Below are positions 25,441 to 39,706 of a stretch of DNA of 64,000 nt, piece after piece; position 1 is the first letter of the stretch; the number at the start of each line of letters is the position of its first letter. The position numbers and the translations under genes were made by a program. Below the pieces are notes generated by a model that was given only the letters and a program-made list of their open reading frames with translations, was not told where the DNA came from and made no database searches. The stretch is from Mobula hypostoma (Eukaryota), in NCBI RefSeq assembly GCF_963921235.1, contig NC_086107.1, positions 101,868,001 to 101,932,000 on the forward strand. The letters run 5' to 3'.

Positions 25441-25644
25441 TCTATGAGAAGCTTTTTCTCTGAATTTTGATGTGGACAGGGTGGTGATCCAAAGACCCAA
25501 ATTTAAGTGCTTCCATAGCAGCTGCCGAAATTAAACTCATTAAAATCACGAAGTTCGACTTCATGACAATCTGGCAGTTGCCTAAACACTCATTGGCAAC
25601 TACAAGATTATCATAAAAGCCCATATAGTTCTCTTATAGACAAA

Positions 25645-27228
25645 AGCATAGAACACTGCAGCACAGTACGGGCCTTTCAGCCCATGATATCATGCCGACC
25701 TTATAACCTATTCTAAAATCAATCTAATCCTTACCTTCCACATAGCTCTCCATTTTCTATCATCCTGTGTCTATCTAAGAGTTTATTTAATGTCCCTAAT
25801 GTATCTGCCTCTACTACCACCTCAGCACCTGCATACACACCAATCTCTGTGTAAAGAATTTATCTGTGACATTCCCCTTATACTTTTGTCCATTCACCTT
25901 AAAATGATACCCCTTCATATTCACCATTTTCAACCCGAGAATAAGTCTCTGGCTATCCTCTCTGATCTATGTCTCTTATCATCTTGTACACCTCTATCAA
26001 GTCACCTCTCATCCTCCTTTGCTTCAAAGAGAAAAACCCAAACTCGCTCGTTAGATATGCTCTCTAATCCTATCTATATAAAAGGTGCTCCTAATCCAGG
26101 CAGCATCCTGGTAAATCTCTTCCGCACCCTCTCTAATGGTTTCACATCCTTCCTATAATGTGTCAACCAGGACTGAACACAATATTCCAAGTGTGCTCTA
26201 ACCAGGGTTTTTATAGGGCTGTGACATTATTTCATGGCTCTTAAATTCAAACCCTTGACTATTGAATGCCAACACACCATAAGCCTTCTTAACTACCCTC
26301 TCAACTGGCACAGCTACTTTGAGTGACCTATGGACATGGAGCTCAAGATCCCACTATTCGTCCATACTGCTAAGAATCCTGCCATTAATCCTGTATTATG
26401 CCTTTAAATGTAACCTTCCAAAGTAAATCACTTCACACTTTTCCAGGTTGAACTCCATCTGCCACTTCTCTGCCCAACTCTGCATCCTGTCAATGTACTG
26501 TTTCAACCTACAATAACCTTCCACACGTTCTTCAACTCCACCAACCTTTGTGTCATCTGCAAACTTACCCACCCTTGTACTTCTTCATCCAAGTTATTCA
26601 TAGAAATTACAAAGAATAAGGGTCCCAGAATAGATCCCTGCAGAACACCACTGATTACCAACATCCAGGCAAAAAATGCTCCATCTGCAACCACCCTCTG
26701 TGCTCTGTGGTGAGCGAATTCTGAATTCACATAGCCAAGTTTCCCTGGATCCTGTGCCTCCTCACCTTCTGAATGAGCCTACCATGGGGAACCTTCACAA
26801 GCACCTTACTAAAATCCATATATACCACATCCACTCTCTACCTTCGTCGATGTACTTTGTTGTGTCCTCAAAAGTATTCAATCAGGCTTGTGAGACATGA
26901 CCTTCTCCTCACAAAGCCATGCTGACTATCCTTAATCAGACTAAGCTTTTCCAAATGTTCACAAAGTAAGACTCACTGGTCTATATTTCCAAAGATTATC
27001 CCTAATCCCTTTCTTGAATAAAGATTTAATATTTGCCACCCTCCGAACATCTGGTACTATTCCTGTGGCCAGTAAGGACGCAAAGATCATCGCCAGTGGA
27101 ACAGCAGTCTCTCCATCAGCAATCTGGGGTATATCCCGTCTGACTCCACAGACTTGTCTATGCTAAGGTGTTTCAAGTGTTCCAGCAAATCCTCTTTCTT
27201 AGCATCAACATGTTCTAGCATATTAGCC
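25645..27228 (-). mobile_element. Decayed CR1 LINE RT region and 3' end
   Basis: The tail catagaacactgcagcacag is at 25648. Remnants include SGVLQGSILGP and IDKSVESDGIYPRLL. Confidence 0.85.
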
Positions 27229-27365
27229 AGGTCCTGAAGAAGGGTCTCAGCCCAAAACATTAACTGTTTATTCATTTCCACTGAGCCTGCCTGACGTGCT
27301 GAGTTCCTCCAGCACTTTGTGTGTGTTGCTTTGGATTTCCAGCATCTGCAGAATTTCTTGTGTTT
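27229..27365 (+). mobile_element. Short Penelope-derived insertion beginning at a degenerate hammerhead
   Basis: ggtcCTGAAGAagggtctcagcccAAAAC followed by the family tail. Imperfect TSD atattagcc / atatcaacc. Confidence 0.8.
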
Positions 27366-27864
27366 ATATCAACCTGTTGCACTCCATCATTTCTAATATT
27401 TTATTTTCTGGTGTCTTCTCTATCTTCAGTGAATTCTGAATTAACAAGAATACTTTCAACCTTAATGTAAAATTGTATCATATTATGGTCACAATTCCTT
27501 GGCCCCCTTCACAAAAACGTTAATAATTAACACTAAAAGCATCAGAAAATCCTCTTTGGTCCTGGTAACCTGTTCAACTTGTACTAGTCCCATCTGCTTC
27601 AGAAAACAAAAAAAAGTCTCCCTCCTGCAGCATCTCTCTAGCTACAAATTCATTTGCTCCATCTGTATGATCTCTATTCATTTGCTGTTTCTGTACTTGC
27701 TTGATATGGCTCTTGGCATGAGATCCCCACTATCACAAAAGCCAATTTAATTCACTCCATTTGATATTAAGAAATAACTGAGAGCACTGGACTCAACAAA
27801 GGCTATGGGACCAGACAACATCTCAATGTAGTTCCTAAGAACTAACTACATGAAAGTTGCTGGT

Positions 27865-28064
27865 AACACTCACAACACGCTGGAGGAACTCAGCAGGTCA
27901 GGCAGCATCTGTGGAAACGATCAGTCAACGTTTCGGGCCGGAACCCTTCGTCAGGACCAAAACATTGACTGATCATTTCCACGGATGCGGCCCGACCTGC
28001 TGAGTTCCTCCGGTGTGTTATGAGTGTTGCTTTGACCCCAGCATCTGCAGAGTATTTTGTGTTG
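27865..28064. mobile_element. Penelope-derived fold-back insertion with 14-bp TSD
   Basis: The arm at 27865-27933 is inverted against 27960-28028. TSD tgaaagttgctggt (27851-27864) and tgaaggttgctggt (28065-28078). Confidence 0.88.
27922..27957 (-). ncRNA. Minimal hammerhead ribozyme motif
   Basis: Minus strand reads gtc-CTGACGA-a-ggg ttccgg ccc-GAAAC-GTT^gactg. Confidence 0.75.
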
Positions 28065-28945
28065 TGAAGGTTGCTGGTGTTGTGTAAAGTGTAGAAGATT
28101 GTAGTAGGTTACAAAAGAACATCGATAAAATGCAGAGCTGGGCTGAGAAGTAGCAAATAAAGTTCAATCTGGAAATATGTGAAGTGATTCACTTTGGAAG
28201 GTTGAACTGGAAGGAAGACGACAGAGGTTATTGGCAGAATTCTTAACAATGTGGAGGAATAGAGAAATTTTAGGGTCCACCTCCATTCATCCCTCAATGT
28301 TTCTGTGCCAGTTGATGGGGTGGTTAAGATGTATGGTGTGTTGGCCTTCATTAGTCGGGATTGAGTTCTAAAATACAAAGTAACGTTGCAGCTCTATAAA
28401 CTCTGGTTAGACCACAGTTGGATTATTGTGTTTTATTCTGGTTGCTTCATTATAGGAAGGATGTGGAAGCTTTAGAGAGGGTGAAAAGATAAATTACCAA
28501 AATTACCATCATTAGAAAGCATGCTTTATGAGGACAGGTTGAGTGAACTAGGGCAATTCACTCTGGAGAGGAGGAGGATGAGAAGTGATTTGATAGAGGT
28601 ATATAGGATGATAAGAGACATAGTTTGAGTGGATAGCCAGTGACTTTTTTCCCTGGGTGGACATGGCAAAATACAAGGGGGCATAACTTTAAGGTATTAG
28701 GGGGAAAGTAAAGGAGGGGAGGTGTCAGAGTTAGTTTATTTTACAGGGAGTAGAAGGTCCTTGGAATGCATTTCCAGGGATGGTTATAGAGGCAGATATA
28801 TTAGGGACTCTTAGATGGGCATACGGACATGAGAATAATGGAGGGCTATGTGGGAGGGAAGGGTTAAATCTTGGACTATGTTAAAGGGTTGGCACATCAT
28901 TGTGGGCCAAAGGGCCTGTACTGTGCTATATTGTTTTATGCTCCG
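28065..28945 (+). mobile_element. Decayed CR1 3' fragment (host of the hairpin, starting at about 27845)
   Basis: KVAGVV, CEVIHFGR and YRKDVEALERV remnants, with the 3'UTR gggccaaagggcctgtactgtgc. Confidence 0.8.
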
Positions 28946-31900
28946 AGTATACCTTCTTGTCAGACTGTTTCAGTACAGTTACAATATCTACCAGAGAATG
29001 CATAAAATTGAATACGTCTGTCATGTTCACAAAAAGAAGGAAGAATCCAACCTGACCAATTACTGACAATCAATCATTATCAAATTAATAGCATTGTCGA
29101 CTGTGCACTCAAACTGCACTTACTCACTATTAACCTGCTCAGGAATGCCCAATTTAGGCTTTTTTTGGGACCATTTAGCTTCAGGTCCCATCACAGTCTT
29201 GAATCAAGCATAAACAAAAAGTTGAATTCTTGAGGCGAGGTGAATGACTATTGTTGCATTGGTACAGTATTTAACTAAGTGTGGTATCAGGAGCTTGATA
29301 AAACTGAAAGCAGGTGTCAAGATTTAAATACTCCAATGACTAGAGTCATAACTCATGCAAAGAAAGATGGTTGTGGTTGTTAGACTAATTATCCCAACCC
29401 CGTGACAACAATCAATGCAGGAGTTTCTCAGGACAATGTCATAGGCCCAACTATTTCCAGCTGCTTCATGAATACCTTAATTCATAAGGTCAGAAGTGGA
29501 AGTATTGCTAATGATTGCACACTATTCAATCTATTTGCATGCCTCAGCAAATGAAACAACCCAGGCCTACATGCAGCAATATCGAGTCAACATTTGGGCA
29601 CAGTCAGTTGGTGGGAAGTAACATTAACATCATAAAGGTCCAGTCAGTCACATAAAGATCATCTTCTATCTTTGAATTCAGCGGCTGAAATGACCAGAAA
29701 CTCAGTTGGAACAATCACATAAAAACTGTGGCCTTAAGAGTAAATCACAGATACCATGAAAAATAAATGAAAGAATACTCTCTGCTCGCCTGGATGTATG
29801 ATGCTCTGACAGCATACAATAAACACAACATCATCCAACCTGCTTGAATGGTACCCCATCAACTGCTCTAACCATTTGCCTTCCCTAGCACTGGCATACA
29901 GAAGCTGCCAGGCTGGGCATATTGTGTTAATAGAGGAGATCAATTATGCACTTCCTAACAATGCAATTTATTGCTTAGATTTTTCCACTAGTACTTTTTT
30001 TTCCATGGTGTTATTTCTGTCATACTTAACATTCTTCTGATTAAGTTCACCTAGCTTCATTTCAAATCAAGCTTTGGATTATATGCTCCAAAAGATTACA
30101 CACCCCCTGATAGCCAAAGAAAAACTATAAAGTAGCCATAGCTCTGTGTCTACGATATCAATGTATTGCTTATGTCTTCCTTGCTATTAGAAGTATCTTG
30201 AAAGTTTAAAGAAAGTGTATTCCAGGCTCGGAAGAATTAAGACATTGCAGAACATACTTTCTACACAACATAAATATTGTATAGTCTGTGGTGTGCTACA
30301 ACCCCTCCAGTCATCTGTCAGGAAGAAGTCACTTTTGTTCATCATAAACGTATTGGGCAAGAAAGAGCTATTTAAGCTAATTATCCATCACAGCTCTTGC
30401 CTGTTCCCTTGTAAGTATAAAGAGTCTATGAAGTATTTAAACATGATGAGGGCTTCTGCCATCAATGCCCTTTCAAGAGCTATTCCAGTTAACTACTACT
30501 CCTTTGGTTCAAAAAAATTCCAATTTGTCCATAATGTTTCTGCCAATGAGAAGTTTGTGTCCCCTGGCTTTTGACTTCCCTGCTAAGGGAATTATTTCTT
30601 TCCTGTTTAGGAAATATTTATTTCCTGAGCCTCTGCGAGTTAAATCTTTTAACTGTTTTGTTCCAAAAAAACAACTCTAGCTGAGTGGGTCTTCACTTGT
30701 AACTCAAATTCTCCAGTGCTGTCAACATCTTCATGAATCTCCTCTGTGTCTTTTTACATCCTTCCAGTTGTGTGATGACCAGACTGTATTCATTGTGTTA
30801 TAACAGTGGGGCAAGGAACAGGAAAATACAATTTGTGATCCATACATGGTTAGCTAGTTACCTTCAATATTTTGACTAAGAATGGGCTCCTGTATTGGAG
30901 TGGCATCCAGTAAAAATGAAAAGTATGTCTATATTCAGTATAGGACTGATGCCCTTCAGCACGTTGCTTAGATTAATACATTACAAATTATGAGACCATA
31001 ACCAGTGTCCATGGAGGCAATATCCTAATCTGGGTAATTGACAGCAGGAAAATATAAAATACACACTTTTATTGTCAACAGTAAAATTGCTATTTTATCA
31101 CAATGTAAGATTACCATTATTTTGCATTAATTATAAATATAATTTTAGTTTCAATTTTCCATCAAATATTCACTGCTGTTGCCAAAAGAAATGTCTAGTT
31201 TAATACACTGGTAGCCAGGTTATGAAAGAATGATTCTTTGTGGTTACAGGCAGTGTGAAGACAAGGGTAATTGTTTTCTTGGAACCCACCTTGCTTTCAA
31301 ACACAACGTGCCAGTTTTCTGATTTTGTCAGGTTTTTTTTATATTTGGCCTCCCACGTAATTCTACAGTTTTTGCGATAAGCTTGCAGACTTCCTGCCTC
31401 AACCCCCTCTGTTTTACTGAAAGCAGGAAACTGTACTTTGCTGTGACGTTGCTGCCTCAGTTCAGGACTCTGCTGCTCACCTGTCAGGATCTGGATCCAC
31501 ATTTCAAACTGCTGTACTGGAAGTAACTCCGAATGGCAGAGTGAGGTAGGTTTCCTGTTGTTCAGATACTGCTTTTCCTTCTATTTTTCCTCTTAAAGTT
31601 AATGCTTGCTTTCACATCATGGCTGATAGCTGTTTAAGCAGAATGGCACAAATGCAATGCTAAATTCTAAATGTGAAGCTTTCATTATGATACTGTAATG
31701 ATTCAGAGGCTCTGAACTGTTAACTCAGTAATCTATTCATAGTATGTGCATAGGCAGAGGACTTCCAAGAGTGTTTTTTTTTGTATCTGTAAAGCAGAAG
31801 TATGCTGATTGTTTAACCATTATTAGTATTTGTCAGAGTTATGATCAGAGGCATTTTCAAGTATTTTGTTAACATGTATTAACTGATAAATCATCTGTGC

Positions 31901-34493
31901 GTGTGTAAGTATTTGCTGTTCAAGTTGAACCACAGTAAGTATAAGACAAAATGATACAGATGTAAACTGCTCAGAATAAGCAGCTAGCATTAGACAATAA
32001 CGGGGTGCTGTTAGAATTACTGTCGTATTTTACAAATGTTTGTTGAAGGTGGTATTTGTATATTTAAATGAGGGACAGTAATAAGGAAGAACACAATTTT
32101 CCTATTAATTTATTGCAATAAGATGATGGTAAAATAATTCCCTGAGAGGCTCAATTATTATTTTCAGTTCAAACAGTGTGGAAGGAGGCTATTCAGTATG
32201 TTTCATCTGTTCTAGTTCTTTGAGTTATCCAACTCATCCCATTCTCTATTCTTTTCCCAACCATTGCAATTTTGTCTTCTTTTATTATTCTTTATTCCCA
32301 CTTAAAAGTTACAGATAATTTTACTCCATCCACCTCTTAGACAATTCAAGATCATAGCAGCTCATTGTGTTAAAAATGATCCTTTTCTGCCACCTGATTT
32401 TTCTCTATGTTGTCTGTATCCTCTGGCTACTGATTCTTATCCCACTGACAACTCCTCTATAAATGCTGGAATTCTTCATTATATTGGATACATCTGTTAA
32501 ATCTCAGCTTAATGTTTTTTTTAAAGGAGAATGACCCTAGTTCAGATCTGAGAGAAAGGCTTCAATCCTAGCTGCTGCTGCTAGTGTTTCAGTAACTACA
32601 GGGAAAATTTATCAGTGAAATTAAGGTAGCATAGCTCCATCTCCTCTTAAGAACCTCTCAGAATCAAAGATGACTTATTTCTAATCTTGTTTTGTGGATT
32701 TTGTGGATTCTGAAGTAGTTAATGAAGCAGCTTGAGGATTACAGGGTCAGATTAGGCAGGTGATGACCAACTGAGTGTCTGTAGTTTGTGTTAACATCAT
32801 GGTGACACCTCCAATTGTTCACTTCTTAGAATATCTTTAAAATTGAACTGACGTTGTTACAGATCACTTGCCACCCAAGCTTCTTCCATGCATGTTTGCC
32901 AGAGGCATTTTAAGAAAGTAGAGCTTGTTCCAAAACCCTCACCAGGTTGCTTTTGTTTGTCATTACAGTTTCAGATGTTATACCCTGGTATGAATTTCCC
33001 TTATTTCTATCTATAACTAGCTCCATCAGCTACTGAACATATGGTCTTTCAGCAGCCCATAGGCTCAATCAGTGTGCCACAGCAAAGTAGGTTATATGGT
33101 TTAGAGAGAATTTTCTTTCTGTGTACCACCATCTTTTTATTGGTAATGAATAAAGGAATATTGTTAAAGGAGAAATGTCAGTAGCAATTACTCTTATCAA
33201 ACCAATCAATTGATTTGTTTAAGGCAACTCTCATATATATCAATAGAGAGAACAAATTTTCAATCAATATATTATGGCTTGGTCCTCCGAGGAACCAGTG
33301 CCATTTGGACTGTTTTAGGTTATTACAGGGATTTGTCCCATTCAACAAGGCTTGTTCTGACACATAATTATATAATCGAAGGGTAGAATGGATTTCCAGG
33401 GCTGAGTGAACAACTCTTGTTGCAGTTTATTGCTTTGTTATAAATATGATGCTACTGATCAAAAAAATGGATTTAAATCTGCTATCAAATTTATCTCCTC
33501 TCATTTTACACTGGAATATATATAGGAATTAATTTCTTATTGTGAAGCAACATTTTTGCAGCAGATATGACTCAGCCAGGAATAACAAATATCAAATCTG
33601 TGCCAACAATCCAGTGTAAAAACTAAGAAGACTTAAATTGTCCCCAGCTTGCTGGGTTAAGAACAATTCCTGGGAAAGGGAAGAGATTTTATCTCCCCTA
33701 TTGCAATCTCCATGAAGAGGGCATCCAATTAGAGGAAAGAAAGAATAATTATTAATGCACGATATTATCTGTTATTCTTTCAGTGCTATTTATATTCCTA
33801 ATGTAAGTTGACTTGCTCTCTCTCCTCCTCTTCCTCCTCCACTTCAGTGATAATGTCTGCCCTAATGTCACGCTTGCCTACATTCTGTCTGTCTTTCTGC
33901 TTCCAGTCCTGTGCACTCTTTTACAACAGTCATCATATGACTACTGTATATTCACATTTCTATGGCAAGTGCTCTGAAATACGGACAAATACTGATCTGT
34001 AATGGTCTGCCTAAAAGAGTAGTAGAAATGAATTCAGTAATAAAAATGCAAAGGGAGGGGGAAAGAATCATTGAAAACAAATCTATGGGTGCAGGGAAAG
34101 TCCAGGAGAGTGGAACGACTTAGAGCCAGCCCAGGAAAGGAGGCACAACTGACCATCTCTGGTGGATTTATTTTGGGAGTTATAACTATTTTCAGCCTGT
34201 GCTAAATCTTGTGCGTCTTAAATCTTATGAAGATTTATCCTGTCTTGAAAGCCATTGTGAGTGTGAAGATCTTTATTACCCATGAACTTTCAGGTAGTTA
34301 TGTACTCATTCATGCAGCATTTGTTGAAGGGGAATCCTGTTGGGTTAAAACCTCTCACTATCAGGTATTCTCATCTCCACAAAAGCACCATGAGTTTACA
34401 AAGTCCTCATTCTACCCATACCGTTATCTTCATACTGTTTCAAAGAATAGATTCATGGTAATATAAACAGAGATAAACATTGTCTTTCTAATA

Positions 34494-34573
34494 CAGGGGT
34501 TCCCAGCCTGGGATCCACAGATCCCTCAGTTAATGGTAGGAGTCCATAGCATAAAAAAGGTTGGGGATCCCTG
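34494..34573. mobile_element. 80-bp hAT (Charlie-like) MITE
   Basis: TIRs CAGGGGTTCCCAGCCT and AGGTTGGGGATCCCTG, with an 8-bp TSD ttctaata / ttctaatt. Confidence 0.85.
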
Positions 34574-37317
34574 TTCTAATTGCATCAAAACTAAAGCTAC
34601 TTCAAGCTGCCAGTGGGAGTGAACTGATGATTCTACATTCCACACTTGCAGTTACCATGTGTCTGTGAATGAGCACTCAACTAGACCCAGAAATAATTGG
34701 GTAAATTATCAACTTGCTATGCTGTCCATATCTAGGATTGGCCATCCTGTTTAAACACCAGATAGTCTTTATTTTCATTATTTTGAAAGAAATCAGAAAT
34801 TGAGAGGATTCTGAAAAGTTAGATCACACTTAAAATATTTAAACACAGAGAAAATGCTAATAGATGTTTGATAACAATTTATACAAGATTATTTTCACTT
34901 TAACTATTCATCTGTATATAATTCATGTCTGATCAGGTTTCATATTTGTCCATACTGTCTAGACTATTCTAACTTAACTCCTTGTAAAAAGTGGGACTGT
35001 ACAATTAGATAGTTGGTCTCTTAAAATACAGATCAAAAAATTAAATTGTTTATACACAATGCTTTCAACAACAGTGCAGTGTGTAATTAATATCACAATA
35101 ACACCCTTCATTTGGCTTATTTATTTACTTTCTGCAATATCACCAAATACATGCCACTGCTTTTTTTTCTAATACACCTGCCTTGGTGAGTTGGACAGTC
35201 AATGGTTTTGTAAATTGATTGTTATTCACATGCCACTAGTGGTGCTAATGGTAAAATTAAGCTTGTTACAGATGCCCAGCATGCAAAATTGTATTCTGTT
35301 GCATATGTTTTTAACACGTTGTTCAAGTGAGCTTCTATCATACATGGTTTGAAAGATTCATGTGTCATGATAGAATAACTAGCAGTGTTTAGAAGCAGTG
35401 AGATGTAGACATGCAGTTGGACCAGTGACAAATATAATGACATACTGGGGCTTATGAATATTACAAATGATGATCGTTAGAAAATATTGTCAGGAGCATG
35501 GCAAACATCTGTATGTGAGATTTAGTTGTGGAATTTAGGTTTGGTAAGGTTTTCATTAAATCACCCATGCCAAGTGTTTAATATCTTGTTGCACTGCATT
35601 CGTGTTCCTGGGCTTCATTCCTGGCATTGACCTCCAGTGTTGTATCCGAATCCTCTCACTGAAACTTAACTGTAAATCTCCAGGGTTTCAAGGGCCCATC
35701 CACTGGAGACTCTTTCTCCTCCTCAACCAAGTATTTAGAACAATACCTGATTCCTGCAAGTTTCCAAAATTGTGGAATAGCTTCACCTGCAGTTCTGAAC
35801 AATAAGCATGTCTTCAAGAAATGCAGATAGCTTTTAATCAATTTTGAATTGAATTTCATGGACATGTGTTGAGGAAATTAATAGCTGAATTTATGATGAT
35901 TAAGAACAGGGATTTTCTGTGTACCTTATAGCCGGGTTAGAAGGGCATAAGAAGCACGTTTTTTCTTGCTGTCTTATTTCTCCATCTCAAAGTTGGGGAT
36001 ATTTAATGAGAAACAGCTCTGATGTTGAGTTACCAGAGGAGATCACTCCTAAAATATTTTTATAAGGAACTCAGCTGAATATAATGGTAGTAGGGCTGAG
36101 TTTACAGCATAGGCACCTGGTTTAGAAAATGCTTTGCTATGATAATTAAACCTAGTCCTGTTCAGGAAACTCCTGTGAAGGTTGCAATCTTCACAGAGCG
36201 ACATTGTCAGGTTTCATATGTAACAACAGTACATCAGTTCCAACACTGCAGTTTCTATTAATCTGTTACAAATCTTTGCACCTGCTAACATTTAGGTTCA
36301 CAGGTATTATCTCTGCTGGCAGCTCTTACAAGCACAAGCAACACTCTTCCATTCCAGGGGAGTTTTGCTATTCAATGAATGAATGCTGTGTTGGTGTGAG
36401 GGGGATGAGAGAAGGATCTGGACATCCTACTGAAAATCAGTGCCCACAGAAGTTATTTCCACTGTGCTGGGGGCCATAGAGACACTCCCAGACTATAGCT
36501 AGATATGTGTGTCAGGTTCCCAGGGACAGCGTAATGTGATATGAGTGCATTTTATGGATGCTTGTGCTCTGGAGTAGCAAATCCTTGAGTGTAATCTGCC
36601 TGCCCCCACAGGCTGAAGGAAAAGCAGATTATGTCTCTTCCCTTTGAGTAGATTGGGTGACCTGCTTCATGCAGCAAAGAACTGTGGAATGGTAGAAATC
36701 TGGAATGATCCTCAGGCCAGGAAACTAAGAAAAACTTGGGCAGTAACTTTGACTTCCCCAAGCAAAGCAGTCAAGACACAAATGAGAGTCTCTCTTTGAA
36801 GTCATATCCCAATGATGACAGAAAATAAAAAAATTAGAGTGTTAGCCCTTTAACTAGCATTGCTTCGGGGGAACTAGAGTTAGAAAAAGTCAATTCTTGT
36901 ACTATAAATAGAAACTGTGGGTTTTTTTTTCAAAGTAGGGATATTGAAAATAATACTGCAGATAAGTTTTGTCTACACACTAGTATTGATGTTATTTGGA
37001 GGAATTTTTACACTGGTAAAATAAAATTCCTGTCAAAAAATCTGGAGTCAAATTTACCAAAGGACATAAGGTATCCAAAAATGAATAAAATAAGAACGCA
37101 ACAAATAGAAAAAAGAGTAGGCTATTCTGTCCCCTGTGATGCTAAGCCATTCAATATCTATCTCTTTCTTGAATATTCTCAATGACTGAGCCTCTGCAGG
37201 TTTTCAGTAGAGTGAATTATAAAGATTTATCACTCCCTCAGTGAAGAAATTATTTTACATCTCCACACTGATTGGCCGACCCCTTAATTTGAAACTGTGT
37301 TACTCTGGGTTAAGTAG

Positions 37318-39380
37318 AGTGCAGAGTTTACATGTTCCTGCCAGGATTAAAGGCAAAGTTAATAGGCATATAGAACCTTGGTTTTCAAGGGATATTGGCG
37401 ATCTGGTTAAGAAAAAGAGAGAGGTGTATAGCAGGTATAGGCAACTAGGAACAAATGAGGTGCTTGAAGAGTATAGAAAATGTAAAAAAATACTAAAGAA
37501 GGAAATCAGGAAGGCAAAAAAAAGACATGAGGTTGCTTTGGCAGATAATGTGAAGGTAAACCCGAAGGGTTTCTACAATTATATTGAGAGTAAAAGGATA
37601 GTAAGGGACAAAATTGGTCCCCTAAAAGATCAGAGTGGTCGTCTATGTGTGGAGCCTCAGGAGATGGGGGAGATCTTAAACAGTTTTTTTGATCAATATT
37701 TACTCAGGAAACTGGCAGAGTATATACGGAAGGAAGGGAAACAAGCAGTAGTGTCATGGAACATATAGAGATTAAAGAGGAGGAGGTGCTTGCTGCCTTA
37801 CAGCGAATAAAGGTAGATAAATCGCCCAGGCCCGACAGGATATTTCCTCGGACATTGAGAGAAACTAGTGTAGAAATTGCAGGGGCCCTGGCAGAAGTAT
37901 TTAAAATGTCCTTAGCTACCGGTGCGGTGCCGGAGAACTGGAGGGTGGCTCATGTTGTTCTGTTTAAAAAAGGCTCTAAAAGTAAACCAGGCAATTACAG
38001 ACCAGTGAGCCTAACATCAATAGTAGGTAAACTATTGGAAGGTGTTCTGAGAGATCAGATATACAAGAATTTGGACAGCCAAGGGCTGATTAAGGATAGT
38101 CAGCATGGCTTTGTGCATGGTAGATCGTGTTTAACAAATCTTGTAGAGATTTTTGAGGAGGTTACAAAGAAAGTAAATGAGGGAAAGGTTGTGGATGTTG
38201 TCTACATGGATTTTAGTAAGGCCTTTGACAGGGTCCCACATGGGAGGTTAGTTCAGAAGGTTCAGACACTAGGTATCCATGGAGAGGTTGTAAACTGGAT
38301 TCGAAATTAGCTGTGTGGGAGAAGACAGAGAGTGGTAGTGGATAATTGCTTCTCAGACTGGAGGCCTGTGACTAGTGGTGTGCCTCAGGGATCTGTACTG
38401 GGACCATTGTTGTTTGTTGTCTATATCAATGATCTAGATGAAAATGTGGAAAATTGGATCAGCAAGTTTGCTGATGACACTAAGATTGGAGGCATTGTGG
38501 ACAGCGAGGAAGGCTTTCAAAGCTTGCAGGGCAATCTTGACCAGCTGGAAAAATGGGCTAGAAAATGGCAGATGAAATTTAATGCAGACAAGTGTAAGGT
38601 GTTGCATTTTGGAAGAACAAATCAGGTAGGACATACACAGTAAATGGTAGGGCACTGAGGAGTGTGGAGGAACAAAGGAATCTGGGAGTTCAGATACATA
38701 ATTCCCTGAAAGTGGCATCACAGGTCGACAAGGTGGTAAAGAAGGCTTCTGGCATCCTGGCATTCATAAATCAAAGTATTGAGTATAGGAGTTGGAATGT
38801 TATGGTGAGGTTGTATAAGACATTGGTGAGGCCCAAATTTGAAATTTTGTGTGCATTTCTGGTCCCCTGACTATAGGAAGGATATCAGTAAGATTGAAAG
38901 TGTGCAGAGAAGATTTACTAGGATGTTGCTGGGTCTTCAGGAGTTGAGTTACAGGGAAAGATTGAACAGGTTAGGACTTTATTCCTTGGAGTGTAGAAGA
39001 ATGAGGAGAGATTTGATAGAGGTTTACAAAATAATGAAAGGTATAGACAGAGTAAATATGAGTAGGCTCTTTCCACTTAGATTAGGAGAGATAAACACGA
39101 GAGGACATGGCTTTAGGGTGAAAGGGGAAAGATTTAGGGGGAACATGAGGGGGAACTTCTTCACTCAGAGAGTGGTGGGAGTGTGGAACAAGCTGCCATC
39201 TGACGTGGTAAATGCGGACTCACGCTTAAGTTTTAAGAACAAATTGGATAGCTACATGGATGGGAGAGGTCTGGAGGGTTATGGACTGGGTGCGGGTCAA
39301 TGGGACTAGCGGAATAATGTTTCGGCACAGACTAGAAGGGCTGAATGGCCTGTTTTCTGTGCTATTGTGTTCTATGGTTC
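37318..39380 (+). mobile_element. 5'-truncated CR1 LINE (RT and 3'UTR)
   Basis: ORFs 37241-39309 carry [19 protein letters not shown] and FADDTK. The tail is ttctatggttc. TSD taagtag at 37311-37317 and 39381-39387. Confidence 0.95.
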
Positions 39381-39706
39381 TAAGTAGCTTTCCTTCTGTG
39401 TCCTACCACTTTATTTACAGTTATAATAAGGAATTCCTAGACACTAGCCTAGATATTCCTGTCTTACCTTTTACTTGCTCTAAAATTGTGTGACATAGAA
39501 AAATTGTTTTAAAAAGTCTATGGCAAGATTCATAGAACAACGTAATCAGGCTTCCCAATGCATTGACACTCTTTAAGTTCCAGTATGCACTGTTGTTTTG
39601 GTCCTTCGGAAGATTTTGCAGTTGCTCACACTTGAAGGAAGTATGCATAACCACTGGAGAGTGTTGCCGATTCAGTGGTGAGAGAGGGGACAGACAGTGC
39701 TGTTCT

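Larger units (their letters stand above)
27770..29900 (+). mobile_element. Ancient non-LTR retrotransposon RT remnant (CR1/L2 group), interrupted at about 27845-28945
   Basis: ALDSTKAMGPDNI at about 27783, then LFQYSYN and HVHKKKEESNLTNY at about 28965-29063, and ggagtttctcaggacaatgtcataggccca (cf. [10 protein letters not shown]). Confidence 0.65.

Noticed and set aside
33770..33920. 19-nt microexon (cag|...|gtaagt) or minus-strand poly-Glu peptide
   Set aside because: Short motifs expected by chance, and the CT-rich run explains the poly-Glu.
35600..35865. Minus-strand coding-like stretch with an in-frame TGA
   Set aside because: No recognisable domain, no clear splice sites and no SECIS evidence.
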